DNA of 64,000 nucleotides from Chara braunii (Eukaryota > Plantae > Charophyceae). The stretch is taken from positions 2,016,031 to 2,080,030 of the forward strand of contig BFEA01000036.1 of assembly GCA_003427395.1 (NCBI GenBank). Direction: 5' to 3'. Shown here piece by piece: positions 25,111 through 38,659 of the stretch (its first letter is position 1; every line of letters begins with the position of its first letter). The position numbers and the translations under genes are program-made. The notes beneath the pieces were generated by a model. That model saw only the letters and a program-made list of their open reading frames with translations. It was not told where the DNA came from and made no database searches.

Positions 25111-25544
25111 ATACGTTACGATACTTCTCTTGGACAGCTCTCGCTTCCATCCACCGGAAGCAACGTACGTCCAAGCGACGGCTTCTATGCCAATGTGCTA
25201 TCTTGGATCGCTTGCAAACGATCTGGGATCTTGTCTCCCGGACGAGATTATTGGGAAGAGAGGGGGGGAGGGGGGGGGGAGGGGAAGCCTGAAAATTAAC
25301 CATTGTCCGGCCACCAAAATACGCAGCCCGCGAGCACAAAACAACCCGGAAAACCATTAATCGCAAAAAAACGGCGGACTAAATGTGCCAACGATATTGA
25401 TAGATGATGGCAGACCTACCCGCCTTGTCACTCCCCCCCCTCCCNNNNNNNNNNNNNNNNNNNNNNNNNNNNNNNNNNNNNNNNNNNNNNNNNNNNNNNN
25501 NNNNNNNNNNNNNNNNNNNNNNNNNNNNNNNNNNNNNNNNNNNN

Positions 25545-25592
<48 letters not shown>

Positions 25593-26047
25593 ATCACCTG
25601 TGTATTCTTTCATTCCAGACGCAGGAATAAATCACGAATCCCTGCACCTAATTGAACAAGAGAGTACAGAGGACACAGGAATGAAGGGATCTCTGCGCCG
25701 AGACATTCCCATCAGTTAACATGTATACAAAAATATATCATTCTTGTATACCAGTCATTATGAAGAGCCACCTGGTGAAAAAGGTGAAAAGGACAATGAA
25801 GGGACGGCTTCTGACGGAAGGTTCATTGCTCATTCCCCGACCGATCACAACGCTGTACGTATACAACGACGGCCGGGGGCAAGGTCCCACTTGCACCGAT
25901 TAGGAGATTTCGGCCGTTGATCTTTGCTATCTACGGTCAGTATCTCTTAATTCGTGCAACCGGGACCTAGCCCCGGGGATATACGGCTCTCACTATAGCT
26001 GCAAAGGCATTTTCACAAAACACGTTGCACCCACATGGGGATCGACG

Positions 26048-26232
26048 GAATTCGCTCCCTGATTCCATCATCAGAGCGTTCGGCCTCTGATTCCATTCCC
26101 TGATTCCATCAGAGAATTCGGTCGCTGATTCCATCATAGAAATCGCTCCCTGATTCCATCAGAGAATTCCCTCGCTGATTCCATCAGAGAATTCGCTCTC
26201 TGATTCCATCAGAGAATTGGCTCCCTGATTCC
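26048..26232. repeat. ~25-bp minisatellite (GAGAATTCGCTCCCTGATTCCATCA)n, ~8 units
   Basis: Repeated ctgattccatca core. Confidence 0.9.
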
Positions 26233-27009
26233 GTTCATCAACAGTTACCCGACTGTCCCATTCAGCCACGTGGATGCTGGGGGGTGGAGTTCACTTCTTA
26301 AGACCAGGATGGAGTGAAATAGAGGTGAACGACGGGGATGGACCAAAGAAAAAAGCATAAACTTTTTTTTTTTTTTAAATCACAGTCCACAATCCTAATT
26401 CTTTCAGTGCATGACACAGGTCGCTGAGTGTATTTCTTTGTCGTTCCGCCCAAGGCCGATATATGAATCCATTGCACAATTCAAGGCATACTCACGCCAG
26501 CACTTTCGTAAAATGTATCTGCCTGAAATTGCGGCCATAAGTGGGGATGTATCTGACTGCAATCGCGTCCCGAACTCAGTCCAAATACTACGAGTACTAG
26601 TGAAAGTCTGCCGTCCGCAATTGCAGCGTCGGCCTGAGGCCGGCAACATAGGAAGCACCAATAGCGACACAAAAGTCCCTCCTTTTTTAGCGGCTCTCAG
26701 CCTGGTTTTCTTCTCCTCTTCTCCCATTCAAAGCTCCTTTCCTTCTCCCAATCAAAGCTCCTTACCATGCAGCTGCCCTACTCCCTCTAGATGTGTGGTC
26801 ATGGCAAGATGATGAGGGCAACCTTCAACTCCAAGATCAAAGAGATCCGCCCCGTCCTTTCCATGTCCTCTCAAATCTAATCACCGTACAAACAGCGCTG
26901 TGAACTGCTGCTTCGTGACCGTCTGGTATCTCCGTGCAATTTCTCACCGACCCACTCATTCATGCTCTCCCTCCCTCACACCCTTGTAAGCATTCCGACC
27001 TTCCCCCCC

Positions 27010-27079
<70 letters not shown>

Positions 27080-27174
27080 NNNNNNNNNNNNNNNNNNNNN
27101 NNNNNNNNNNNNNNNNNNNNNNNNNNNNNNNNNNNNNNNNNNNNNNNNNNNNNNNNNNNNNNNNNNNNNNNNNN

Positions 27175-27264
<90 letters not shown>

Positions 27265-27903
27265 TGTATGTGAGGGAGGTGGCGAGGAGAGGAGTGGAGC
27301 CCACCGGTCACCATGCCTGCGTGTGTGGGAGAGACAAACCCAGCGAGTGACCCGATGTCGAGTAACATTGCGTTCTCTCAGCAGAGTTTCAAGTTTCGGT
27401 CGGCACTTCCAGAATCCGGTTGTGGAGAGGCCACGCCGTCGTGCATTGACCCATAACAGCAATTCACGTCTCTTCCTTCGTCAAATCGATTCCGCATCTC
27501 ATATCTATCATCGACTTTTATTACAGTACTGTCGACGAGATTTCCTTTCTTCCTCCCCTCCCTTGTCTTCACCTCGTAATTGTACGAATCCAGTCGACAG
27601 CCCGAGCGAATTCTCGTTCGATCGGATTCAAAACCACGCATAATTCAGATGACGAAAACAAACACATGCTTCCTCTCTGCTACTAGACAAGCTCTTACGG
27701 CACGTGCCTTCCTTCTACACAGCGTAACGTAAAGTGACTCTCTCTACCACGAACGCCAAGAGAGTATAGCAGAGGGTGTTGAAAAATACAGGATTCCCGC
27801 TTTGAAGCAACCACTAGTAATAGGAAAGCACTGACAATCTCATCACGTAATGGGGAAGGGGTCTATGCATCTGCACAACCCAGATTTCATAGGGGGGTTT
27901 AAG

Positions 27904-28075
27904 TTAACCCTTTGGGCATTTAGCTTTGATGTTCCTGGCCACAATTTCGGCATTTTTTGAGCCGTAATCGTCAGGGCTTCGCGGGTTCCCGCCAGTAGGC
28001 CCTGACGACGACTTCGGTTCACCGAACGCCGAAATTGCGGCCAGGTACGTCAAATTTAAATGCCCCAAGGAGTAA
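27904..28075. mobile_element. piggyBac-like MITE
   Basis: TTAA|CCCTTTGGGCATTT... with ~70-bp imperfect inverted arms ending ...AAATGCCCCAAGG-AGTAA (degenerate GGG|TTAA). Confidence 0.6.
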
Positions 28076-28691
28076 TATATTGGATCTTTGGACTTAAAGT
28101 TGTCGAAATCGTAGTTCTACATACCACAATATTCTCATATTGTACCTATATGCTATATATATAAAGGGAAAACCTCCCTCCCCCCCCCAACCAAAAAAGG
28201 GTGAACCAGCCAGGCGCCAAGACCTGACTATACGGCAGCACGTGCTTGTCAGTTACAACTGGGATGCGGTCAGGAGAGTTTGGGGTGCGACAAGTGAGTT
28301 TGGGGAGCGGGTCGCCTTGGTACGGCAGCCGTGCAGATCACAACAGCGTACCATGGCAAGCAAGCGGAGTCATCAAGTGTGATATCTGCAGGTTACTACC
28401 GACATCCCTTCCTCCAAATACTATTGTTCGTTCTTTCGGGAAAAAACGCTACGACTGTACAACAACGCTCAAGGAGCACCCAATAGGAATCCAACGTAAG
28501 CAACATGCATGAATACGAGTGCTGACAACACGTACACGTACGGACATATGAGTGCTAAAAAAAGGATCACACTAAGCACACGTGAACAGTGGTATGTCCA
28601 TATGCGTAAGTACGTACATACGTATACATGCCTTTGTTTGACTACCGGATGGCGCCAAAATTCTGCATTACCTCTTTCTCCGTGGGCTCCT

Positions 28692-28754
<63 letters not shown>

Positions 28755-29080
28755 NNNNNNNNNNNNNNNNNNNNNNNNNNNNNNNNNNNNNNNNNNNNNN
28801 NNNNNNNNNNNNNNNNNNNNNNNNNNNNNNNNNNNNNNNNNNNNNNNNNNNNNNNNNNNNNNNNNNNNNNNNNNNNNNNNNNNNNNNNNNNNNNNNNNNN
28901 NNNNNNNNNNNNNNNNNNNNNNNNNNNNNNNNNNNNNNNNNNNNNNNNNNNNNNNNNNNNNNNNNNNNNNNNNNNNNNNNNNNNNNNNNNNNNNNNNNNN
29001 NNNNNNNNNNNNNNNNNNNNNNNNNNNNNNNNNNNNNNNNNNNNNNNNNNNNNNNNNNNNNNNNNNNNNNNNNNNNNNNN

Positions 29081-29144
29081 CCTCTCGCGAGTCCCTGCGA
29101 CAGGACAGAGCCACTATACACATCTAGATGTGTATAAGAGACAG
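29081..29144. other. Assembly artefact: Nextera mate-pair junction adapter with a chimeric 34-bp tag
   Basis: TATACACATCT-AGATGTGTATAAGAGACAG (29115-29144) is the Tn5 mosaic-end junction. 29081-29114 is identical to 44271-44304 and lies at a gap edge. Confidence 0.97.
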
Positions 29145-29150
29145 CTCTCT

Positions 29151-29187
<37 letters not shown>

Positions 29188-30677
29188 TCTCCCAAAAAAA
29201 AGTCCGCAACCCTTACCCCGTGCGCCATGTGTACCATCCGGGAGCAGGCCAATGACATTATTGTCCGATGGACCAAGTATCATTTTATTTTGTTTTTTCC
29301 CTCATACATTTTTCAGTGGTTTCCAAGAGCAAAATTCTGTGGGAAAATAGTTCGAGAAACGTGCGCCTCACCTCTCCAAGAGCATCTATCTAGATTTCGT
29401 TAGTGCCAATGACGGGTTTTCCACGTAATTGCCATTCATGGGATCGCTAATGGAGAAATAAAAAGAACCCAATTGGTCATCTACATATCCCCCTTTGCCA
29501 AGCTATTTCTCAACCTCTACATATCCCCCCCCCCCCCTGCATATCCTTCTCTACCAAGATATTGCTCATCTACATATACACCTCTGTCACGCTAACATTC
29601 ATCCCCGACGACGATCACGGCCCAAGTTTTATCCTTCCTCTACCCGACTTCCCTTCTACCCAAGTTCTATCGCGAGAGAGAGAGAGAGAGAGACGTCTAG
29701 AACAGCAATAACAACAACGTCATGGGTACGCCACCTACAGCTCTCACCGGTCCCCATCGTGTTCCTCCTACAGCCGATCCCAGGCGAAGAATAGGAGGAC
29801 AACAGAATCCATCTATCTGTTGGTAACTTCTTTCTTTTCCGCACTAGCAGACACTTAGGTCCACAGAGAACTGAAGGCAATCAGAAGCGCTTCCATTCTT
29901 TATTGTTTCTTCTCCAATTGCTTGGCAAACCCACCAATAATAAGATTCTGCAAAAGACACCTCCGCCTCGCCGCCGTCCTTCAGAACCTCAACGCCGCAT
30001 AATCGTTTCCTCGTTCGCTNNNNNNNNNNNNNNNNNNNNNNNNNNNNNNNNNNNNNNNNNNNNNNNNNNNNNNNNNNNNNNNNNNNNNNNNNNNNNNNNN
30101 NNNNNNNNNNNNNNNNNNNNNNNNNNNNNNNNNNNNNNNNNNNNNNNNNNNNNNNNNNNNNNNNNNNNNNNNNNNNNNNNNNNNNNNNNNNNNNNNNNNN
30201 NNNNNNNNNNNNNNNNNNNNNNNNNNNNNNNNNNNNNNNNNNNNNNNNNNNNNNNNNNNNNNNNNNNNNNNNNNNNNNNNNNNNNNNNNNNNNNNNNNNN
30301 NNNNNNNNNNNNNNNNNNNNNNNNNNNNNNNNNNNNNNNNNNNNNNNNNNNNNNNNNNNNNNNNNNNNNNNNNNNNNNNNNNNNNNNNNNNNNNNNNNNN
30401 NNNNNNNNNNNNNNNNNNNNNNNNNNNNNNNNNNNNNNNNNNNNNNNNNNNNNNNNNNNNNNNNNNNNNNNNNNNNNNNNNNNNNNNNNNNNNNNNNNNN
30501 NNNNNNNNNNNNNNNNNNNNNNNNNNNNNNNNNNNNNNNNNNNNNNNNNNNNNNNNNNNNNNNNNNNNNNNNNNNNNNNNNNNNNNNNNNNNNNNNNNNN
30601 NNNNNNNNNNNNNNNNNNNNNNNNNNNNNNNNNNNNNNNNNNNNNNNNNNNNNNNNNNNNNNNNNNNNNNNNNNNNN

Positions 30678-30710
<33 letters not shown>

Positions 30711-32079
30711 GTGATCCTTGTGTGCGTGTGCTCCTTAACACGCTTGACTCATCTCTCTCTCTCTCTCTCTCGTCTGCCGCCTCTCTTTCCCGTCACCTCT
30801 CCTTCCCTCTCTCTCCGCACACGAGTTATGCACGCAATTCGCAATTGCCGCAAATTACGAACGATTGCCTCCAGCGCATCTCTAACGAGGGATCCAAGAC
30901 AGAGGGACCGCGGTTGCAAAGGGATAAATGCATAAGAGTGACTTTTTGACAGGCGAGAGCACGTTCATCCGCTGCAGATCAAGGGGTTTCGTTGGCCTGG
31001 CGGCCGTTCCTAAAAGGAACACGTCTGTTCTATCCCACCCACCTAAAGAAAGGGACTGCCACATACCAGGCTTCGTTCTTCCACTCTCAGGGTGAAAAAA
31101 GTTGTGCCTTTACTCACTAAAGGCGATGTAAGTAAGATTGCCTCCTCGGAAATAAGACACACAAGACGGTTTCTCGAAATGAGCGGCCAAGAAGAAGGCG
31201 CCACATTGGACACGTCGCGTCTCATCCGTACAATCCAGCTTTTGGACTCCAACTACCCGCGCAATATCTCGCCGCAGACTGCACCGCAGCTAGTGTGCGC
31301 CCCTAAAAGCTTAGCTTAGCTTATCCCCCCGCCTCTCTCTTCCAATGTTCCAGCTCTTCACAATGACGAGCCGTCGCGTCCAAACTCGCAATGTCGACAG
31401 AGCACGGTGGTGGTTGGCAGACAAAAGCGCTGAGCAGTCCCAACAGAGAACAGTGGTCTGTCAATGCCGTGCAATCTCAGATTGCGCCACGCCACGTCGA
31501 CAAGACTCGCAATGTCGACAGAGCACGTAGGTTGAAAATGATGCGGATTTAAAAGATCATTAACGTAAATTCCAAGAATATGAATAGACAACCTATTTAT
31601 TGACTTAAGAACAAAGAGGCTGACAGCTCATTGCCTTATAAGAAAGCCCCACTGCTGATAACCTATATTGGCCACCACAATCATAATGATGGTTCCCCAA
31701 AAAACAGACCTTCCACAACAAGACCCCACATTCCGATGCGAGGACGACAGCGGGGCCCTCAGCGAACCCCCGAGGCCATCACATCCCACTTCGGACTCTA
31801 TCAATTATGACGAAGAAGTAAGCACAGGACAATTATCAATTGCCTTGAGCGTCAGACAACTAGATGATAATAATTCCTTCAATTAGGAAAAAGTTTTGAG
31901 CACGGAGAGAGGCGGCACGTGGAGATGGGTACACAGGCGGGAAAACGGAGGGACTTGGCCTCCGCTTCTCCCACTTCCCCAAGATCCCGTGACCGAGACC
32001 ACAGTAGGGCTTGGCTCATTCATGGGAAGAGAGAAGAGGAGTGAAGGAGTGTGGGCAGAGAAATAATTGCCTTTTCCAA

Positions 32080-32126
<47 letters not shown>

Positions 32127-33337
32127 CTTCTCTGTTTTCCAAGTATTACAGTTACTCTCTCTCCTCTACGAGAGAGAGTTTCCTGTCGTGATATGTCGAG
32201 GGTGAAACTACCAAATTGAGAAACAAACAAAACAAGGCGGCGAGTGGTTGAGGGAAGACAAAAAAAAAGAGACGGACGAGTCGAATAGAGAAAAGCATGG
32301 AAGGTGAACAAGGACAGGAACAAGGACAATTTCCAAGCGACGAAGGGAACGACAGCTGGAGCAGGAGGAGAGACAAGCGCGAAGAGCCGCCGTGCAACGG
32401 GCAGGGAAAGTGTAGAGATGATAACGAGGGTGAAAACGCGTGGAAGAGGAAGAAAGAAGAATGAAGAAGAACGGAGAAGGAAATTCACTGTACTGTCCTT
32501 GTTGACCTTAACGCGTGGAAGAGGAAGCAACGAGAAGGAAATTCACTGTACGTTCCTAATAAGGAGGAGAGGAGGAAAGGATGATGAGCAAGATAGGACA
32601 ACCCGTCGTCGAAGGAGAGTTTGTGAACAGACCAACAGAAAGTGTAAGGATACCAGATGGCATGGCATGGTATGGATACGGAGGAGGACCACAGAGGTGC
32701 CGACACAGAACTCTGAGTGACAGATGGGAGGCCACAAATAGGGCGAAGCCACCATGAACAGACGAATATCGAAAAAGAAAAAATTGCGACCAGGGTCAAT
32801 AATGCAGAGCAGTTAGGAAGTGCAGTTCAGTCACAGAAACAGAGAGAAAACAGAGGGAGGGAGGAAGGGAGAGAGAGGGGGAGGGAGGGGGAGAGAGAGG
32901 GAAAGAGAGGGGAAGATGAGTGTACAAGGGTGGTGATTGGCAAGAAAGCATACAGAGGACAAGAGAGCGACGGCGGGACAGGAAACCACTGAACACGTCG
33001 CAAGGACAAAGTGCGGACGATGACGATGTCAGAGTGTGGGGAGAGGGAGAGGGTAATAAAGAGGGAAGATTAAAAAAATGAATTTGTGATCAATCAAAAG
33101 AAGAAGATGAGAAGAGAGACGGCGTATACTTTTCAGACGAACGAAGCGCGCAACTAGAATGACAAAGGGGGAAGAAGGCGGAGAGCACACGGGGAAGAAG
33201 GCGGAGAGTAGGAACTACAGCATATACAACAAGCAAGCAAAGAGGGGGGGGGGGGGGGGGGGAAGAGGGGTGATGTGAGAAGGAGGAGAGGAAGGACAGG
33301 AAGAAGAGGAAGGAGAGGAAGGAGAGGAGTAACATGC

Positions 33338-34042
33338 CTGCGGGGCATCGATGAGCAATGGAGATTCGAGCATGACCGACGGATTGACACCTGGCGCCAG
33401 GTGCGTCAGCAACGTGCCCGGACAGTGATTCCTGTAGCGAGCCTTCATCAAAGGTTGCTTGGTTGGGGAGCCGGGACGGGGACTGCTTCCAACTGCCCCG
33501 ACCCCGACAACCATATTGCCCCGATCGTGGTGGAGAAAGGAGGCTCCCATTCCAGCAGAAGATACTGAGGTCGACATGGCGGCCTTCCCGAGCATATGAT
33601 TGGCGTCTGCGTCACTGCTTTTGCCGCCACCAGAGCCACCTGAGTTCCCCCCACACAGTCCGCCGAAGGAGTTGTTGCGAGAGAGAAACGGGGAAGAGGA
33701 TTTGTTGTCAGAGTCCAATTTGTCGCCGAAGAAGTGCTTAGTCGAGGACGATTTCAGAGCGGTTGAATCTTCCGTCTTCACTGTCAAGTCCCCCTCCCCC
33801 CCGCCAATTGCCTCCCCCCCGCTGCCGTTGGAAGTGGTGTTAGTCGCGGTCGAAGTGCTGGAGGGAGGAAAGGAAAAGCAGAAAGAATTGCTTTTGGATA
33901 CGGTTGCTGTAGAATGACCCAAGGTCGAGAAGTCCGTCGATAACCCACCTCTCTGAGGAGTTGGTTTCATAACCTTGGACTCCTGCTGTGCCGGCGGAAG
34001 GGGCGGCGCCGCGGCACCTCCATCTCGAACCCCGCTGTCCAT
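33338..34042 (-). CDS. WRKY: Group I WRKY transcription factor, exon 1 (235 codons; gene span 34042-7207, ~948 aa)
   Basis: ORF MDSGVRDGG...APGVNPSVMLESPLLIDAPQ resembles the group I WRKY N-terminal PPGLSPxxLLxSP cluster. It ends at CAG|GCATGT (GC donor), phase 0, and joins VVPSPTSG in exon 2. Confidence 0.75.
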
Positions 34043-34071
34043 CTAACACCTGTACTCGTTCTTCTCNCCCC

Positions 34072-34107
<36 letters not shown>

Positions 34108-34224
34108 CCCCACTACTCTACTTACACACACACACCGTCCTGAAAACCCTTCCCTCTCAACAAAACGTACTTATGTCTCTCTGTCTCATTCCACGTAATC
34201 TCTCTCACTGTTTTCTTCAAAACA

Positions 34225-34281
34225 GAAACTCAAAGTCCAACAAGAAACTCAAAGTCCAACAAGAAACTCAAAGTCCAACAA
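34225..34281. repeat. 19-bp perfect tandem repeat x3 upstream of the WRKY ATG
   Basis: agaaactcaaagtccaaca x3. Confidence 0.9.
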
Positions 34282-36240
34282 TCTCCCCTTCCCCCTCCCT
34301 CAATCTCCTGCCTTGGATAAACTGAACATGGTGCCGAGGGAAACAGACCTCCGAAAGCCTATCAAGCCTCCACCCCTTGCTCCCCAATTTGCCCCTCTGC
34401 AGACCAAACTGGGGTCCTTGCCGCAGGCAACGGGATTGCCCACAGCAGCTCTCCGCGACGAGCGGGAGCGGGAGCGGGAGGGGGAGGGGGAGGGGGAGAG
34501 GGAGGGGGAGCACGCAAGCGCACCCGTCCGCGACCTCGTGTACGAATGGGCGAGGCGTGCTCGCTCCGGAGAGAGCAGGCGAGCTCGCGTGCCAGCATCC
34601 CAGGGCTTGCGCGCGCGCGCGCGCACGCAGTCATGCGCTTTCCGTACGGGCGGAGAGACGAACGCAGTAAACAAAATGAACGAGACGGGTGCTACGACGA
34701 GGCCGTGGAAAAAACAGCAGCAGGTGGTACGACTCCCCTCACACGGGCAATAGGAGGAGTAGAGTCGTAGTAGTGGTGGTAGTACTACGTACTACTACTA
34801 CGGTGGTCAAAAAGGGTTTCTAGCGCTGGAACTCGACCTCTCCCGCCCGCCCGCTACGACTACTCCCCTACGCCGTGACACGACGGCACGGCTTTACGTC
34901 AGATGCATGCACATCTCCGCAGACATACTTAGGTGATGACAAAACGGCAGACAAGTCAACGTCACAAGCTCTCGTCCTTATCTGTTTTGCAGCTACATCG
35001 AGGGCTGCAGCTTGCGACCGACTTCCGCCAGCAACGCTACCCTCCAGGCTATGGCCCTTCTCCATCTTCACTCCACCTCCCATCCTCACCCTCCCGACAA
35101 GGTCCCCCGCCTCTCGCCTCCCCCTTTCTCCCTCCCGCTCATCCCCATCGACCTCACTCTCCCTACTCCTCCCTCCCTCCCTCCCTCCCTCCTTCCGACG
35201 GTAGCTTACAACCACTCCTTTTCCCCCTCCGACCCCGTCTCCCTCCCGCCGACCGACCTACCCCCGTAAGGCCCAACTCAGTCCGCCCCTCCGCTCTCTC
35301 TTCTTGTCGTCGTCCGCAGCTCAGACCCTTCGTGCGAGCGCTTTTTCCCCGCCTGTCCCGCCCGTCCGGTCGCCCGCTCAGCTGGTCTCCGACGACGAAC
35401 CAGAGCGTCTACCAACAGGGCTCACGAACGCCGACCGAAGCCGACCGACGGTGGGCAACTCGCGTGGTGGACTACTGTTACCGGTAGACCGGGGCGCGTG
35501 GGCGCTTGCAGGCGGCGGGCGGGACTGGGGGTTAGCGGAAGACGACCGCTTCCGCTTCACGAGCGTGGCAGTTAACTTCGTGGTAAACGACCAACGTTTT
35601 TTCCTTTTTTTCCGCCAAAAATTTGCACCTTTCATTATTTGTATGAACCGAGGCCGAAGGCCTCACAACATTCTCGCGCCAGCCGACCTGACCTACCGAC
35701 TTCACCTGAATCGCGTATGTATAATGTTCGAAAACTCTCGTCTATTCTGTTCTAATTCTAAATGTTGTAAATGCTGTAGCTCAGTCTGCGAGTTTGGTCA
35801 CTCATCGTCGTTGCCCAGAGCTCAAGACCCCACACCGCATCGTCCCCGGCCTTTCGGTCACAGGTCTACCAGGCTGAACCAGGGTTCGCTTCAATTGAAG
35901 ACTCGACTTGGGGTCTGCTACGACTGCAATGGCGGTCCTCCACCGCGCGATAGCATCGAAATCGAAAAATCGAATTACACTCCATTACGGCCGTAGGTTG
36001 CTAGGATCTTTTAGAATTAGAATGACCGTACACCTCCTCAGGTTGGGAGCAGCTGCCGCTCGGGCGGAAATGACAGAAAATCAATATACGATTATACGAT
36101 ACGTCAAATATTCTTCTGTCTGTGAACTGGACAATTGGGGGGCTGAAAGGCCTCGCCGCATTGCTCACCAAATGTACAAAATCAGAAGGAACAATCCCCT
36201 AGAACATGGAAAGCTGCACACCACCATCATTTGGACTTGT

Positions 36241-36306
36241 GCATTTCGTGAGTAGTGCGGCGAGGCCCTAAGTAATTAGGGCCTCGCTCCACTACTCACG
36301 AAATGT
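36241..36306. repeat. Near-perfect 31-bp-arm hairpin
   Basis: gcatttcgtgagtagtgcggcgaggccctaa-gtaa-ttagggcctcgctccactactcacgaaatgt, 28/31 Watson-Crick pairs. Partial arm copy at ~36371. Confidence 0.9.
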
Positions 36307-37164
36307 GCAACATGACAACGAATCTTCCACTAGAACACGGAAAGACACAGCCATATCTTTTGTCGTTTGAGCATATGGTGAGTAGCGGAGCGAGGCCCAA
36401 TGTGGATTGGACGTTTTCCACGCCGTCCGAGATATAGGCAGAGGGAAGTTGAAGAGGTCCTGGCCCGCCAACCGCGTCTCATTTCCCCCCAGCAAGCCCC
36501 CACGTCCCGGGTCTACCTGTGATTGACTTAGGGTCAGATCCCACTACCCTCGATTATTCATTTTTCACCCTCGATTACGAAGATCAACGGTCAGCAATGA
36601 ACAATAGGGTCTAGTGGGATCTGGCCCTTGCCACCTGTAACTTGCCACCTTACAGGTACAGAGCCCTAAGGCATGGAGAGTGGACAGGAGGACACGAGGG
36701 TTGGGGGACATGAGGATCGAAAACCTAGGCCAATAGCCCAAAAAAGAGTGGGGAAAACACACACGGGAAAATCCTGTAGGGTCTGATTGTTGAAAGCCTG
36801 TAGGGGGTACAGGGGATGCACACCCAAGGCAGGTTTTTTCATCGTTGTTGAGTCTATCGGTCGTCCGTAGACCCACAACAGTGGCTGTGAGGGTTGGCAT
36901 TTTTCAGGAGGGCTTTAGAGGGGGGAGGTGAGTAGGAGTTCGGAAGAGGATCCGTAGAAAGGCTTTGTTGAAAATTCCACCCACTCCTGCAAAAACATGA
37001 AGGGGTGTGTGCGGCCCACGAAAGGGTGCATCCCAGGCCCACACACCTCGACCAAGCTGGCCTCTCTCCTGCACTTCAGCCTTGTTCTAAATCTGGTGAG
37101 AATGAATCTGGACAATTGATTCAGAACAAACAGTTCAACTTGCAAAAGTGCACGGCACACTCAG

Positions 37165-37239
<75 letters not shown>

Positions 37240-38659
37240 NNNNNNNNNNNNNNNNNNNNNNNNNNNNNNNNNNNNNNNNNNNNNNNNNNNNNNNNNNNNN
37301 NNNNNNNNNNNNNNNNNNNNNNNNNNNNNNNNNNNNNNNNNNNNNNNNNNNNNNNNNNNNNNNNNNNNNNNNNNNNNNNNNNNNNNNNNNNNNNNNNNNN
37401 NNNNNNNNNNNNNNNNNNNNNNNNNNNNNNNNNNNNNNNNNNNNNNNNNNNNNNNNNNNNNNNNNNNNNNNNNNNNNNNNNNNNNNNNNNNNNNNNNNNN
37501 NNNNNNNNNNNNNNNNNNNNNNNNNNNNNNNNNNNNNNNNNNNNNNNNNNNNNNNNNNNNNNNNNNNNNNNNNNNNNNNNNNNNNNNNNNNNNNNNNNNN
37601 NNNNNNNNNNNNNNNNNNNNNNNNNNNNNNNNNNNNNNNNNNNNNNNNNNNNNNNNNNNNNNNNNNNNNNNNNNNNNNNNNNNNNNNNNNNNNNNNNNNN
37701 NNNNNNNNNNNNNNNNNNNNNNNNNNNNNNNNNNNNNNNNNNNNNNNNNNNNNNNNNNNNNNNNNNNNNNNNNNNNNNNNNNNNNNNNNNNNNNNNNNNN
37801 NNNNNNNNNNNNNNNNNNNNNNNNNNNNNNNNNNNNNNNNNNNNNNNNNNNNNNNNNNNNNNNNNNNNNNNNNNNNNNNNNNNNNNNNNNNNNNNNNNNN
37901 NNNNNNNNNNNNNNNNNNNNNNNNNNNNNNNNNNNNNNNNNNNNNNNNNNNNNNNNNNNNNNNNNNNNNNNNNAACTGTTTTTTTTAACCAATGGATTTG
38001 AACCCGATACTTCTATTTTAGGACTCATAGTATATTTGGATTTGGGGGGGGGCTTTGGTTTCGAACCCGGTACTTCTTAGACTTAATTCCCCCAATACCA
38101 CTTTTTCACGCCTGGATTTCGCACACACGAATTTGCAGATGTTTTCAACTGTATATTGGACCAATTCGAAAATTACGGATGTTTTTATAATAGAGGTGGA
38201 TTAAGAGTTTGATACCAAGGTCAGTCTACAAACGACAATATAGGGTATTGGCGTCGAGACGTCATGTGTCAATAGTGACGCTGTATCCCGGGTTGCATTC
38301 ATAGACTCAAATAAAAAAAAACGTACAAGGACAACGATAATGTAACTTTGTCTCAATCACTATAGCTTATAGTTGGCTCGAGATCGTTTTTTTACAAAAG
38401 ACATTGTGGCATGTCGTCTTCCTCAACGAGAGATTTGTCGGACACCTACGACGATCACTTTCTACTTCTTACTTTTTTATTGTCACCATCGTTGTCGTTC
38501 GAAATGGCGCCTTCCCTCAATACATTTCGCTTGTTGGGCAACCCCCCTCTACTACTTACTATTTCATCATGTCGCTTGTTCCTTCGCAGTTGTCAACCCT
38601 TCGCTGCCCCTCCTCACTTCCTCTTTCACGAACCCTTCCTCCACCACTACATTTTTTTC

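Noticed and set aside
28002-28060. Hammerhead ribozyme (CTGACGA...CGAAA...GTC)
   Set aside because: The flanking helices of a hammerhead cannot be formed convincingly, and the motif is explained as one arm of the MITE inverted repeat.
34805-34959. Two W-boxes upstream of WRKY (autoregulation)
   Set aside because: TTGACY is expected about once per kb by chance on both strands; two sites are not significant.
37990-38090. tRNA or SINE head (two minus-strand B-box-like GGGTTCRAAWCC motifs)
   Set aside because: No A-box or cloverleaf, and it sits at a gap edge.
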